From NCBI GenBank assembly GCA_964469495.1, contig CAYXYY010000011.1, positions 30,845 to 94,844 on the forward strand: DNA of 64,000 bases, written 5' to 3'. The DNA is from an uncultured Planctomycetia bacterium (GTDB lineage Bacteria > Omnitrophota > Gorgyraeia > S143-82). The position numbers and the translations under genes were made by a program. Of this stretch, positions 48,563 through 58,111 are shown piece by piece (position 1 is the stretch's first letter; the number at the start of each line of letters is the position of its first letter). The notes below the pieces were generated by a model, which saw only the letters and a list, made by a program, of their open reading frames with translations, did no database searches and was not told where the DNA came from.

Positions 48563-49515
48563 TGGTTAACAACAATACAATGGATTTATTTGGAACACAG
48601 GTTGATTTCATCCAAACGGATATCACTGGTTTAAAAATAGAGGCAATAGTAAATCCTGCAAATACAAAGTTAATAATGGGAGGAGGGGTTGCAGGCGCAA
48701 TAAAGCGAAAAGGCGGGAAAGAAATAGAAAATGAGGCAATGCATTTTGCCCCGATTGAATTAGGGCAATCCATTTTGACGCAAGCGGGAAAATTGCCTGC
48801 TAATAGTGTGATTCATACAGCGACGATGCACATGGATTTTAAGACAGATTACGATATTATTCGTAAGTGCGCTCGGTCCGTGTTTGACCTGTGTTATGAG
48901 AAAGGCATAAAAGAAGTTGCCATTCCTGTTTTAGGGGCCGGCGTAGGCGGATTAGATATTGCCATGTCGTCTAAGATAACAGCGCAGGAATTGTTCAAGG
49001 CGGTTAGGGAAAATAGGGCACCTGAAAAAGCGGTTTTCGTGTTTTATGATGATGTGGCATTATCAAAGGGATTGTCTGCGCGCAATTATCTATTGCACTT
49101 GAAAAATAAAACGATGCAAGGGCCTTTTATAACAGTAGATGCAGTTGTCTTTGATAAGTTGAATAATCCGGAGAAAGTGGTGTTGATAAAGAGAAAAAAT
49201 CCGCCTTTTGGCTGGGCCCTTCCCGGCGGGTTTTTGGATTATGGTGAAACAGTTGAAGATGCGGTTTGCAGGGAGTTAAAGGAAGAGACAGGACTAGATT
49301 ATAATTACGTCAGGCAATTGGGTGTCTATTCAGATCCTAACAGAGATGAGCGGTTCCACACGATTACAGTGGCGTTTTACGGGATATCAGAAGGAAATCC
49401 CAAGGCAGATGATGATGCCCAAGATGCGGGATGGTTTTCTTTGAAGGATTTGCCTGAAAAGATAGCGTTTGACCACAAGCAGATAATCATAGATGCATTA
49501 GAAAGGATGGAATAG
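48562..49515 (+). CDS. Macrodomain-Nudix hydrolase fusion
   Basis: Macro motifs AIVNPAN, GGGVAGAI and LGAGVGG; Nudix box GGFLDYGETVEDAVCRELKEETGL; AFDH. Confidence 0.9.
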   Translation: MVNNNTMDLFGTQVDFIQTDITGLKIEAIVNPANTKLIMGGGVAGAIKRKGGKEIENEAMHFAPIELGQSILTQAGKLPANSVIHTATMHMDFKTDYDIIRKCARSVFDLCYEKGIKEVAIPVLGAGVGGLDIAMSSKITAQELFKAVRENRAPEKAVFVFYDDVALSKGLSARNYLLHLKNKTMQGPFITVDAVVFDKLNNPEKVVLIKRKNPPFGWALPGGFLDYGETVEDAVCRELKEETGLDYNYVRQLGVYSDPNRDERFHTITVAFYGISEGNPKADDDAQDAGWFSLKDLPEKIAFDHKQIIIDALERME

Positions 49516-49696
49516 TGTATTTTCTAAAGATATTTGTCCTTATATTGCTTTTTTCTGTGGTTTATACATGGGCATTTTTGGCAAACGAACAAGATAAAAA
49601 GAGAAAATCCTGCAACCTGTGCGGAAAAAACTGCCGCGGAAGTTGATTTTATGTGAAAATGAGATATAGACAGGATATTTATGGAGAGGGAGGGAG

Positions 49697-50719
49697 ATGG
49701 ATATATGGCCGAAAATTATTTTGACTATGGTGTTTTGGGTGGCGAATATTTTTGTTTTAGAAAGCTCGGATTTTTCTACAGGCAATGAGAAAGCCATATT
49801 CCTGCACCACTCAACGGGTGGGAATTTATACTCTCAAGGGCACGTTGCCAGTTATGTATCTAACTATAATTCACAGCATAATACTAACTATGTGGTAGAG
49901 GAAAGGGCGTATCCCACGGGCCCTTATCCATGGAATAATTATCCGTATGATTGGTGGAACCTTTGGGTGACGGAGAACGAGGACGGATCCGATAGAATCC
50001 CGCCCTGTGATTCTTCTAACAGGAATATTGAATGTTTGAGTTCATTAACGCAGAATTACGACACCATCATCTTCAAGCACTGTTTTCCCGGGGCAGATGT
50101 CTTGGCAGATACAGGCAGTCCGGACGTTAGTTCCAGCAGAAAGAGTCTTGAGAATTACAATGCCCAATATCGCGCCTTGCGCAGGGAGTTTGACAAGTAT
50201 CCGAACAACCTATTTATTGCATGGACGCTTGTTCCAAGGCATAGGTTAGCCACAAATGCGGAGAATGCTGCGAGGGCAAAACAATTTGTTGATTGGGTAA
50301 AGAACGAATGGCTTACTGAGGATGGGCAATCACACCCTAATATAAAGGTGTTTGATTTTTGGGGATATGCGGCTGAGTCCAATGAGAATCCAGAGCGCGG
50401 ACAGGTCAATACCCTTAAATACGAATACGAAAGAAGCCATTCCAGCAGTGATTCACATCCCAATACATTGGCAAACGAAACAATAGGGCCCATATTTGCG
50501 CAGGCCGTAATAGACTATATGAGGGATTTCTTTTCAGAAGAAAGCTATGAAGATGAGGATATCAATCAGGATGGGAAAGTTGATGTGAGCGACGTTCAGG
50601 TAGTGGTCAACGTTATTTTGGGACATGCATCTAATAGCCGCGCAGACGTTAATAGTGATGGGAGTACCAACATAGTGGACGTACAGGTTGTGGTCAATCA
50701 AGTTATCAGCGCTGGTTAA
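49697..50719 (+). CDS. Secreted SGNH-like hydrolase with a C-terminal dockerin
   Basis: FLHHSTG and DSHPN motifs; paired repeats DINQDGKVDVSDVQVVVN and DVNSDGSTNIVDVQVVVN. Confidence 0.7.
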   Translation: MDIWPKIILTMVFWVANIFVLESSDFSTGNEKAIFLHHSTGGNLYSQGHVASYVSNYNSQHNTNYVVEERAYPTGPYPWNNYPYDWWNLWVTENEDGSDRIPPCDSSNRNIECLSSLTQNYDTIIFKHCFPGADVLADTGSPDVSSSRKSLENYNAQYRALRREFDKYPNNLFIAWTLVPRHRLATNAENAARAKQFVDWVKNEWLTEDGQSHPNIKVFDFWGYAAESNENPERGQVNTLKYEYERSHSSSDSHPNTLANETIGPIFAQAVIDYMRDFFSEESYEDEDINQDGKVDVSDVQVVVNVILGHASNSRADVNSDGSTNIVDVQVVVNQVISAG

Positions 50720-50748
50720 TGTGGTTTATGTATAATTATTAGAGGTTT

Positions 50749-51051
50749 ATGATGCGGTTAATAGGCGGCGCAAGATTGGATATGATGAATTTCACGTGGC
50801 CTTTTGCCCAGTTATATGTTGAAAAAGGCCTGTTAATTTTGACTGTTAATTTCTTGTTTTGGAGAAAAGAGTATTCTTTCCTTAAGGGAGACAATATCTT
50901 AATAGAACCATTTTATTCCTTACCAATAATTGGCCGCGGAATCAAGATACATCACCAAATTAAGGGTTATCCTCATGAGGTAATTTTTTGGGTTTTTGAT
51001 GATCCGGAAAAAGTCGCGGCCAAGATCAAGGAAATAATTCGCTCCGATTAA
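50749..51051 (+). CDS. Hypothetical protein
   Basis: 100-aa ORF with SD GAGG; no motif recognised. Confidence 0.55.
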   Translation: MMRLIGGARLDMMNFTWPFAQLYVEKGLLILTVNFLFWRKEYSFLKGDNILIEPFYSLPIIGRGIKIHHQIKGYPHEVIFWVFDDPEKVAAKIKEIIRSD

Positions 51052-51091
51052 TAAATGTCCTAAAAAACTAAAGATTTGCATCTAATTTGCG

Positions 51092-51152
51092 ATATGCTTA
51101 ATATGAGTGTATAACATTGCCTTGCCTATAATGGTGCAGGGGTCTGTTTTGA
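51092..51152 (+). repeat. 61-bp direct repeat, left copy
   Basis: ATATGCTTAATATGAGTGTATAACATTGCCTTGCCTATAATGGTGCAGGGGTCTGTTTTGA; identical to 57986-58047 except one G. Confidence 0.95.
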
Positions 51153-51187
51153 TGTAATTATGTTCGCGCCTGATTCTTGATCACATA

Positions 51188-51218
51188 TTGACAAAATGTA
51201 CCAAATATTGTACATTTT
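51188..51218 (+). promoter_or_regulatory. TA promoter with an overlapping palindromic operator
   Basis: TTGACA-N17-TACATT overlapped by AAAATGTAC-N8-GTACATTTT; TGTAC cores are typical of YefM-type operators. Confidence 0.75.
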
Positions 51219-51232
51219 ATTTGGAGGTGAAA

Positions 51233-51487
51233 ATGATGGATTATATAATGCCGATCTCAGAAGTAAGGAGTAAACTGTCTGAAATAGTTAAGAAAATATC
51301 CCGTATGAGAAAACACTTGATTATAACTAAAAATGGAAAACCTGAGGCAGTTTTACTCTCTCCGGAAGAATTGGAAACATTGGAAATCAAAGCAGATCAG
51401 GACCTGCTTCGGTCTATATTGCGGGCACAAGAGGACATTCAAAAAGGGCGACTTTATACTCACGAAGATATATTTAAAGATGTATAG
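51233..51487 (+). CDS. Phd/YefM family antitoxin
   Basis: ISEVRSKLSEIVK…IITKNGKPEAVLLS; SD GGAGGTG. Confidence 0.92.
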   Translation: MMDYIMPISEVRSKLSEIVKKISRMRKHLIITKNGKPEAVLLSPEELETLEIKADQDLLRSILRAQEDIQKGRLYTHEDIFKDV

Positions 51488-51764
51488 CATTCTCTATACA
51501 AAAGAAGCGAAGACCGCCATAGAAAAGCTGTCTATTAAAAAGAAGCGGCAAATCAAGGATGCTATTGAACGTATAGCAAGTGCCCCTAATATTGGCAAGC
51601 ATCTTACACATGAATTAAAAGGATTAATATCTTACCGTTCCGGTACCTATCGGATAATCTATCGTATAGATCATAAAAAAATTACCATTATAATATTGGC
51701 TATTGGCCATAGAAAAAATATTTATAAAGAAATACCCCGAAAATTTAATCGGAAGGACATCTGA
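51480..51764 (+). CDS. relE: RelE/ParE family toxin
   Basis: MYSILYTKEA…YRSGTYRIIYRI…IGHRKNIY; overlaps the antitoxin stop. Confidence 0.9.
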   Translation: MYSILYTKEAKTAIEKLSIKKKRQIKDAIERIASAPNIGKHLTHELKGLISYRSGTYRIIYRIDHKKITIIILAIGHRKNIYKEIPRKFNRKDI

Positions 51765-51862
51765 TAAGACAATGTATCTAACCTTTCCTTTTGCGCGACA
51801 AAAGGTCTGTCCAATCAATAAATGCTATGATGTTGTAGGATTTGTCCGTGAGAATACAAATC

Positions 51863-54800
51863 TTATTTTTTATTTTCAGGGGCCGTGTTGTTAGATACGT
51901 TTTCTTGAGAGATAATTGAATTATAGCTTTCAAGAAGAAGTCCTTGGGCCAATTTAAATTCAAGAATACTGATATTACAATCCGTAAGCGCAGAGTAATA
52001 AAGATAAGTGGATTTTCTCAAAGCGGATTCCGCATCCAGAACGTCATTAATTACTCCTTTGCCAACTTTGTATTTTAGTTTTTCAAGCCTTAACGTTTCT
52101 TCCGCCTCTTTTCGAGATGCCTCGGCAAGCCGCAATCTTTTCTTGGAAGAGGCAATATCCGCTAATGCTTTATTGACGTCTTTATAGATACTAAGTACGA
52201 TCTTTGACTCTTCCGCTTTTTGGGAATCATACTCTCCTTTTGCTTTTAAAATGTCTCCTTTTTTCATTCCGCTGTCAAAGATAAGGAAGCTGGCTTTTAC
52301 TCCGATCCAATATTCGCTTTGCCATCTATTGTCTCCGGGGAATTTAGAATCTCCGGAAGTTCCTGAGTATTCCCCCGCACCGGCAACAGCTCTAATTTCA
52401 GGGAAGTATGACCTTTTATATGATTTTAACCAAAAATAGGAAGATTTGAGCAAATGTCTAAAATTTTCCAAATCTTCTCTATATGCTAATGCTTTATTAA
52501 AAGCCTTTTGAATGGAAATTCCATCTAAATTTATATCAAATAAATTTAAAGTGTCATTTACATATAATTGACCTTGATATCCCATCTCCTCAGCCAAAAG
52601 CCCTAAAAGGTAAACTCTTTTACTCTCTAATTCTGCTATTTCATACTCGATTTCAGATAGGCGCACATTTATTTTTAACAAATCAATTTTAGCCGCTTTG
52701 CCTTTTTTAGAATACAACTCGGTTCTCCTCTGCAATTCTGAGATGCTTTTATGCAGTGTCTTTAAAGACTCCAGCAGTTTATCTAAAGAGATTATATTCA
52801 AGTATATATTTGAAACTGTAAAAACCACCACTTCTCTTCTTCTTTCCAAATTTTTTATAGATGATAGATATTTTTCTTTTGCTGATTTAAAGGCATAGAA
52901 GCTCTTCCCTAAGTCTGTAAGCAATAAAGATGCTTTCACTTGTCCTGAAATCAAGTTATTGTCAAACCTTTGATTATCTCCTGAAATGCCGGGTGCTACT
53001 GCATGTTTATTCTGGTAATTTGTATAAGTACAGTTTAGGCTTATTTGAGGGAGAAGGCCTGCTCTTATTTTGATATTTTCGCCTTTTGCTTTTTCTGTAT
53101 TGGCGGTTGATTTTTGAATATCAGGGCTGTTCTCAAGGGCATATTCAATAGCTGATTTTAAAGAAAATGTTTTTAGGCTAGTTGTTAAATCGTCGTTTAT
53201 TTTATTGTTTTCGTCTGCAAATAAATGTCCGCAACAAAACATAGAATATAGCCCCAGCGTTAATAGAATCACCGCAATTTTTGTTTTTTTAAATGAAAAT
53301 TTATTTTTTAAATCGTCGATGGAAGCATAAATAACAGGGATTATTATCATCGTTAGAAATGTTCCTAATATAAGGCCTGCTACTGCGACAATGCCTAACG
53401 GGCTTAAACGTTCTAATCCCACAGCCATTTCAAATACTAGGGGCGTAAGGCCTATAACAGTAGATGTGGCGGTCATAAGAATAGGCCTTGTCCTTATCTT
53501 GACTGATTGGACAATTGCATCCTCTTTGGATAAGCCATTTTTGCGGGCATGGATGATAAAATCTAAAAGTAAAATAGAATTATTCACAATTGTTCCCGAA
53601 AGAAGGATTATTCCCATAAGAGCAGGCATGCACATTGGTTTATCAAATATCAAAAGCCCCCATAGTGCCCCAATTGTTGCAAGAGGGATAGCCAGCATTA
53701 TAACTATGGGATGAGTAAAAGACTTATACATAGGCAAAATAACCACGTAAAGTAAAATTATCCCCAATATGAGCGCTTTTTTTAAACGATTTTTAGCATC
53801 CAACATATTCGCAGGGGTTCCGGACATCCTTATATTATAATCGCGCGGCAAAATCATACCTTTCTTTTTTAATTTTGTTCCGGCTGCCTTTGCGGCCTGA
53901 GCAATTGTATAGACATTGTTAACACCCGTTATATCAATTGTATTTTCTAAATCTTCGCGGGTTATAAACGGCTGAATATATGACTGCTTTATTTTGACCA
54001 GACTTCTTAGGGCGGCATCTCCATAGCGGGTAGGGATATATATGGAATCGAGTTTGGAAGGAAGATTTAAGTCTGCTTCTTTATACTCGATTCTTATAGG
54101 GATATCCAAAAAATCCTCCAGTCTCATAAAAGAGGCCAAAGCGCCTTTGGCAGCAAATTTGATATATTGGGAAACCTTTTCTGTATCTACTCCATAATAT
54201 TTGCAAAGAGAGGCATCGGGTTGAACCTCTATCTCAGGTTTGTCCATATACCAGCTTCTTCTTATGTCCACTAATCCTTTTGTCCCTTTTAGATTAGAAA
54301 GAATTTTATCTGCCATAACATTTAAGACTTTTGTGTTTTTGCCCATTAATATCAAGTCAAAAGGCGCTTTCGTCGTTGAAATAGGGGTTGCTCCGTACTC
54401 TACAACAGTAAACGACCTTATGCCTTCTATATTACGCAGTTTATTGCGCCATTCTTTCTCTATATCCCAGATAGTTTTTTTTCTTTTATCCCTTGTAACT
54501 AGATTAGCGGTTATAGATACTGTTTGAGTTGTTGTCCCGCCGCCCCCAAAACTTATTTCTCCGGGTTCAGAGCCAACGGTCGAAGATAAAGAAACAAATC
54601 CCGGTGTTTCCTTTATGAAGTTTTCAACCTTATTGAGAATGTTCTCTACTTTTTTTATGTTATAACTAGAGGGTATATCTAAAGTTATTTTTACAATTCC
54701 GGTATCCATAGGAGGCATAAGTTCGCCTACTAAAAGAGGGATAACCACTTTAATAGTAAAAACAAATGCAATAAAAACAAAAGAGAGGGTTTTGCCTTTA

Positions 54801-56392
54801 TGCCTCAATGCGATCTTTAAAATTGAGACATAAAAGTCAGATAATTTCTTTACCCAAATATCCATCCTGCTTACTAATTGCTCAACAAGGTTTTTCTTTC
54901 TCTCTTTTCTAGTCAAAACATAAGAGGAAATTAGCGGGACTATTGTCAGAGAGGCAATCAAAGACGCAAAAATAGTCGAACCTATCATAATAGACAACGG
55001 CCTTAGCACTTTTTGAGGATACCCGCCGACAAACATAACCGGTATTAAAACAATTACAGTGGTTAGTGTTCCGGCGATGTTCGCTAAAGCTACTTCGTTT
55101 GTTCCCAGCAAAGCTGCCTCATAAGGAGAAATAGTCTTATCCGTCTGAAAGCGGCGGTAGATATTCTCCAAGACAACAATAGATGCATCTACAACCATCC
55201 CCACAGCAATCATAAGCCCTGATAGGGTGACCATATTCATTGTATAATGGCTAAATTTTAAGACAATTAAGCTGAATAAAAAAGAGACGGGAATACTTAC
55301 AGAAATTATTGCGGCAGTCCTTTTATCAGCTAAGAACACAAATATAACCAAGATAGTCAAAATTATAGCTTGGATTAGAGAACCCCTCATGCCTTTAAGA
55401 TTAATATCTATTATGGGTTCTTGGTCATTGGTAATCTCAAACTTTATATCGGGATATTCTTTTTTAAATCTGGGCAGATATCTTTTAACTGCTTTTATAG
55501 TATCTAAAGTATGCCCATCTTCTGGCCTTAAAATATTAATAGCGATAGCCCTTTGGCCATTGCCGTGATAGAGGCTTCTTTGCTCTTTTATGCCCTGTGT
55601 TACATCGGCTACATCTTTAAGAAGGATATATCCCTGTTTCCTTTTTTTAAGGGGAAGATTTTTTATATGGTTTAAATTTTTAAATTCAGAAGTTGTACGT
55701 ATTAAAAATTCCTTTTCATCAGTATAAATATATCCGCCCGGAGCTGTTACATTTCTTCCTGCAACAGATGAGATTACGTCCATCAGAGTTAATCTATAAC
55801 CTTTGAGTTTATCTCTATCAATATGTATTTTAACTTCGGGCAAATATCCCCCAAAAACATCCACATCTCCAACTTCAGGAATTCTAAGGAGTTTATCTTT
55901 AATGTCATTTTCTGCTAAAAGCCGCACACTAGATAAAGTTTTTGAAGAGCCTTTTTTAGGCGAAAGAGCTAAAGTCATTGTTGCATGTGTTGCGTCAGTA
56001 ATTTTATAGATCTGAGGCGGCAGGATATCATGGGGGAGTTTTGTTTTTATTCTATCTAAAACGTTTGTTACATCTATGGCAGCTGTATCTATATTTTTAG
56101 AATAGTAGAACTCTGCCGTAACTGCCGAAACCTCATCTCTGGAAATTGATTTTACTTTTTTGATGCCCGAGATTGTATTTACTTCTTTTTCTATGATCTC
56201 TGTGATTTTATCCGATATATCTTTAGCTGAAGCGCCTGGTTCAATTGTTAGTATCAGCACTTGAGGAGGCGATGTGTTGGGAAACAAATCCACTGGAGTT
56301 TTAAAAAAGGCGATAATTCCTAAAACAAGGACTACAAGGCTGAAAGCCATTACAATATACGGATTTTTTAAAGAGATTTCAGTTAGGTTCAT
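51863..56392 (-). CDS. RND efflux permease fused to a TolC-type outer-membrane factor
   Basis: Residues ~1-1025 are AcrB-like (GMVVDASIVVLENI, RTRPILMT); ~1060-1509 carry two OEP repeats (ALENSPDI…LLPQISL; YFPEI…KYKVGKG…DVLDAE). Confidence 0.9.
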   Translation of the reverse strand: MNLTEISLKNPYIVMAFSLVVLVLGIIAFFKTPVDLFPNTSPPQVLILTIEPGASAKDISDKITEIIEKEVNTISGIKKVKSISRDEVSAVTAEFYYSKNIDTAAIDVTNVLDRIKTKLPHDILPPQIYKITDATHATMTLALSPKKGSSKTLSSVRLLAENDIKDKLLRIPEVGDVDVFGGYLPEVKIHIDRDKLKGYRLTLMDVISSVAGRNVTAPGGYIYTDEKEFLIRTTSEFKNLNHIKNLPLKKRKQGYILLKDVADVTQGIKEQRSLYHGNGQRAIAINILRPEDGHTLDTIKAVKRYLPRFKKEYPDIKFEITNDQEPIIDINLKGMRGSLIQAIILTILVIFVFLADKRTAAIISVSIPVSFLFSLIVLKFSHYTMNMVTLSGLMIAVGMVVDASIVVLENIYRRFQTDKTISPYEAALLGTNEVALANIAGTLTTVIVLIPVMFVGGYPQKVLRPLSIMIGSTIFASLIASLTIVPLISSYVLTRKERKKNLVEQLVSRMDIWVKKLSDFYVSILKIALRHKGKTLSFVFIAFVFTIKVVIPLLVGELMPPMDTGIVKITLDIPSSYNIKKVENILNKVENFIKETPGFVSLSSTVGSEPGEISFGGGGTTTQTVSITANLVTRDKRKKTIWDIEKEWRNKLRNIEGIRSFTVVEYGATPISTTKAPFDLILMGKNTKVLNVMADKILSNLKGTKGLVDIRRSWYMDKPEIEVQPDASLCKYYGVDTEKVSQYIKFAAKGALASFMRLEDFLDIPIRIEYKEADLNLPSKLDSIYIPTRYGDAALRSLVKIKQSYIQPFITREDLENTIDITGVNNVYTIAQAAKAAGTKLKKKGMILPRDYNIRMSGTPANMLDAKNRLKKALILGIILLYVVILPMYKSFTHPIVIMLAIPLATIGALWGLLIFDKPMCMPALMGIILLSGTIVNNSILLLDFIIHARKNGLSKEDAIVQSVKIRTRPILMTATSTVIGLTPLVFEMAVGLERLSPLGIVAVAGLILGTFLTMIIIPVIYASIDDLKNKFSFKKTKIAVILLTLGLYSMFCCGHLFADENNKINDDLTTSLKTFSLKSAIEYALENSPDIQKSTANTEKAKGENIKIRAGLLPQISLNCTYTNYQNKHAVAPGISGDNQRFDNNLISGQVKASLLLTDLGKSFYAFKSAKEKYLSSIKNLERRREVVVFTVSNIYLNIISLDKLLESLKTLHKSISELQRRTELYSKKGKAAKIDLLKINVRLSEIEYEIAELESKRVYLLGLLAEEMGYQGQLYVNDTLNLFDINLDGISIQKAFNKALAYREDLENFRHLLKSSYFWLKSYKRSYFPEIRAVAGAGEYSGTSGDSKFPGDNRWQSEYWIGVKASFLIFDSGMKKGDILKAKGEYDSQKAEESKIVLSIYKDVNKALADIASSKKRLRLAEASRKEAEETLRLEKLKYKVGKGVINDVLDAESALRKSTYLYYSALTDCNISILEFKLAQGLLLESYNSIISQENVSNNTAPENKK

Positions 56393-57464
56393 TTTTATTC
56401 ATAACCTTAACAGGTTCTCCTTCTGTCAATTTAACCCAGGATAGATATGGGTTTTTTACTACAGCAACACCAGGAGACAAATTCTTGCATTCAACAAACA
56501 TATCGGACCTTATGCCTAAAATAACAGGGTATTTTTTTAGTTTGCCGTTTTGAACTATGAATATAAACGGCTTGAGCCCAGATTCATTTACTACTGCGCT
56601 TTTGGGAATAGCGACAACACCCTTTTTTTGTTCTGTCACAACCTTAACCGGCACAAACGCTCCGGTATAAAGTCCTTCCTTATTGTCCAGATATGCCTCA
56701 ACACGTAAAAGTTTACCCTCAGAAATAGTGGGAAAAACATTTGTTATCTTTGCCTTCGTAAAACTGTTTTTATCTTTATAGAGAATAGGCATATCTTTTT
56801 TTATAAACTGCACATCTTCCTGCGGTACATCAAAAACAAGTTTTAGCCGGCTTCTGTCTTCAATGATGAATAAAATCTTTCCTGGAGCCGCTAAATCCCC
56901 GGCATCCACAGTTCTTTTAGAAACAATACCATCATAAGGAGATTTTATTTCCGTGTAATTTAAATTTGCTTGCCAGAATTTAATGTTTTCTTTTGCATTT
57001 TCGAGTCTTGATTTTGCTTGAGCAAAAGCATTTTTTGTTCTATCCATTTCTTCTTCAGATATGGCGCCTTGCTTAAATAAATATTCGTCTCTGTTATTTT
57101 CCTTTTGCCAGTAATTAAAATTCTCTTCGGCTGCAGAGAGAACTTGTTTGGCTGAATTTAGTTTGGCTAAAATATCTCTATCGTCTAGTTTTGCCAATAA
57201 ATCCCCCTTTTTTACAATGGAGCCTTCGTCTACAAGTATTTTTTCAATAACCGCACTAACTCTGGTTGAAACTTTTGTTTCATTTATCGGAGCAATTTTT
57301 GCTAAATATCCCCTGAATTTTTCAATATCTTTTTTCTGGGAATAGAAAACTGAAACCAATACTGGTTTCTTGCCAAAGACAGGTGCGTGTGATAGCTCAA
57401 TTTTTTTCTTTAAAATAAAAAATGCGGCTAGAATTATCAATATGAGTATTACTAATTTTTTCAT
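56379..57464 (-). CDS. RND periplasmic adaptor (membrane fusion protein)
   Basis: MKKLVILIL TM; VDEGSIVKKGDLLAKLD; EIKSPYDGIV. ATGA overlap with padR. Confidence 0.92.
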   Translation of the reverse strand: MKKLVILILIILAAFFILKKKIELSHAPVFGKKPVLVSVFYSQKKDIEKFRGYLAKIAPINETKVSTRVSAVIEKILVDEGSIVKKGDLLAKLDDRDILAKLNSAKQVLSAAEENFNYWQKENNRDEYLFKQGAISEEEMDRTKNAFAQAKSRLENAKENIKFWQANLNYTEIKSPYDGIVSKRTVDAGDLAAPGKILFIIEDRSRLKLVFDVPQEDVQFIKKDMPILYKDKNSFTKAKITNVFPTISEGKLLRVEAYLDNKEGLYTGAFVPVKVVTEQKKGVVAIPKSAVVNESGLKPFIFIVQNGKLKKYPVILGIRSDMFVECKNLSPGVAVVKNPYLSWVKLTEGEPVKVMNKNEPN

Positions 57465-57850
57465 AATTTTTCTCTTTGATAAAAATCTAAAAAATTCTCT
57501 AATGCGTTTTTTCTCTCCTTGATTCTTTCGACCCATGCTTTAAGCAGTCTTCTGCCATGAGGAGTGATTTGATAGACCCTTTTTCTTCTTGAACCCTTTG
57601 TTTTCCATGAAGATTTTACAAGGAATTCTTTTTCCATCTTTCTCAATATCCGATACACTGATCCTATATCAATGTTTTTTTTATGAAAGCCAAGGAGTTT
57701 TAATTTATCGATCAATTCATAACCGTGAGACGGCTTCTTTGACAAAAACAAGAGTAGACCGGGCTGAATAAATCTTGAAACTCTACGCAGGGAAAAATTG
57801 CAGCCCTTTTCTTTTTCATCCAATTTTTCCCCTAATTCTTTTGATTTCAT
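57461..57850 (-). CDS. PadR family transcriptional regulator
   Basis: LLLFLSKKPSHGYELI…GSVYRILRKME…KRVYQITPHG; SD AGGAG. Confidence 0.92.
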   Translation of the reverse strand: MKSKELGEKLDEKEKGCNFSLRRVSRFIQPGLLLFLSKKPSHGYELIDKLKLLGFHKKNIDIGSVYRILRKMEKEFLVKSSWKTKGSRRKRVYQITPHGRRLLKAWVERIKERKNALENFLDFYQREKL

Positions 57851-57935
57851 ATCTTCTCCTATATAAGACAAAACCATATATGCTTATATCATATAATACA
57901 GCCATATTACTGTCAAGTATTTCTTAAAGATGAAA

Positions 57936-57958
57936 TGGGAAACGGAACAGACATGGTT
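57936..57958 (+). repeat. Dispersed 23-bp intergenic repeat, copy 2
   Basis: TGGGAAACGGAACAGACATGGTT is the reverse complement of 15333-15355. Confidence 0.8.
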
Positions 57959-57985
57959 TTGCTGACTGTGAAAGAGGATTCCAAA

Positions 57986-58047
57986 ATATGCTTAATATGA
58001 GTGTATAACATTGCCTTGCCTATAATGGTGCAGGGGGTCTGTTTTGA
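57986..58047 (+). repeat. 62-bp direct repeat, right copy
   Basis: Matches 51092-51152 with G5 instead of G4. Confidence 0.95.
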
Positions 58048-58111
58048 GGAAAGACTAGAACATTTAAAAAAACCCCTTTAAAGGCTTTATACTCTGCTAT
58101 AATATTTTCTT

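Larger units (their letters stand above)
51092..58047. mobile_element. Putative integrase-less cargo islet bounded by direct repeats
   Basis: Flanking 61/62-bp repeats, visibly AT-richer interior, and cargo of a TA pair plus an efflux operon. Confidence 0.6.

Noticed and set aside
51108-51152. Direct repeat as an integron attC site (AAC…GTT hairpin)
   Set aside because: About 45 bp, shorter than typical attC sites; imperfect R and L boxes; no intI; cargo is far larger than a normal cassette. IntegronFinder would settle it.
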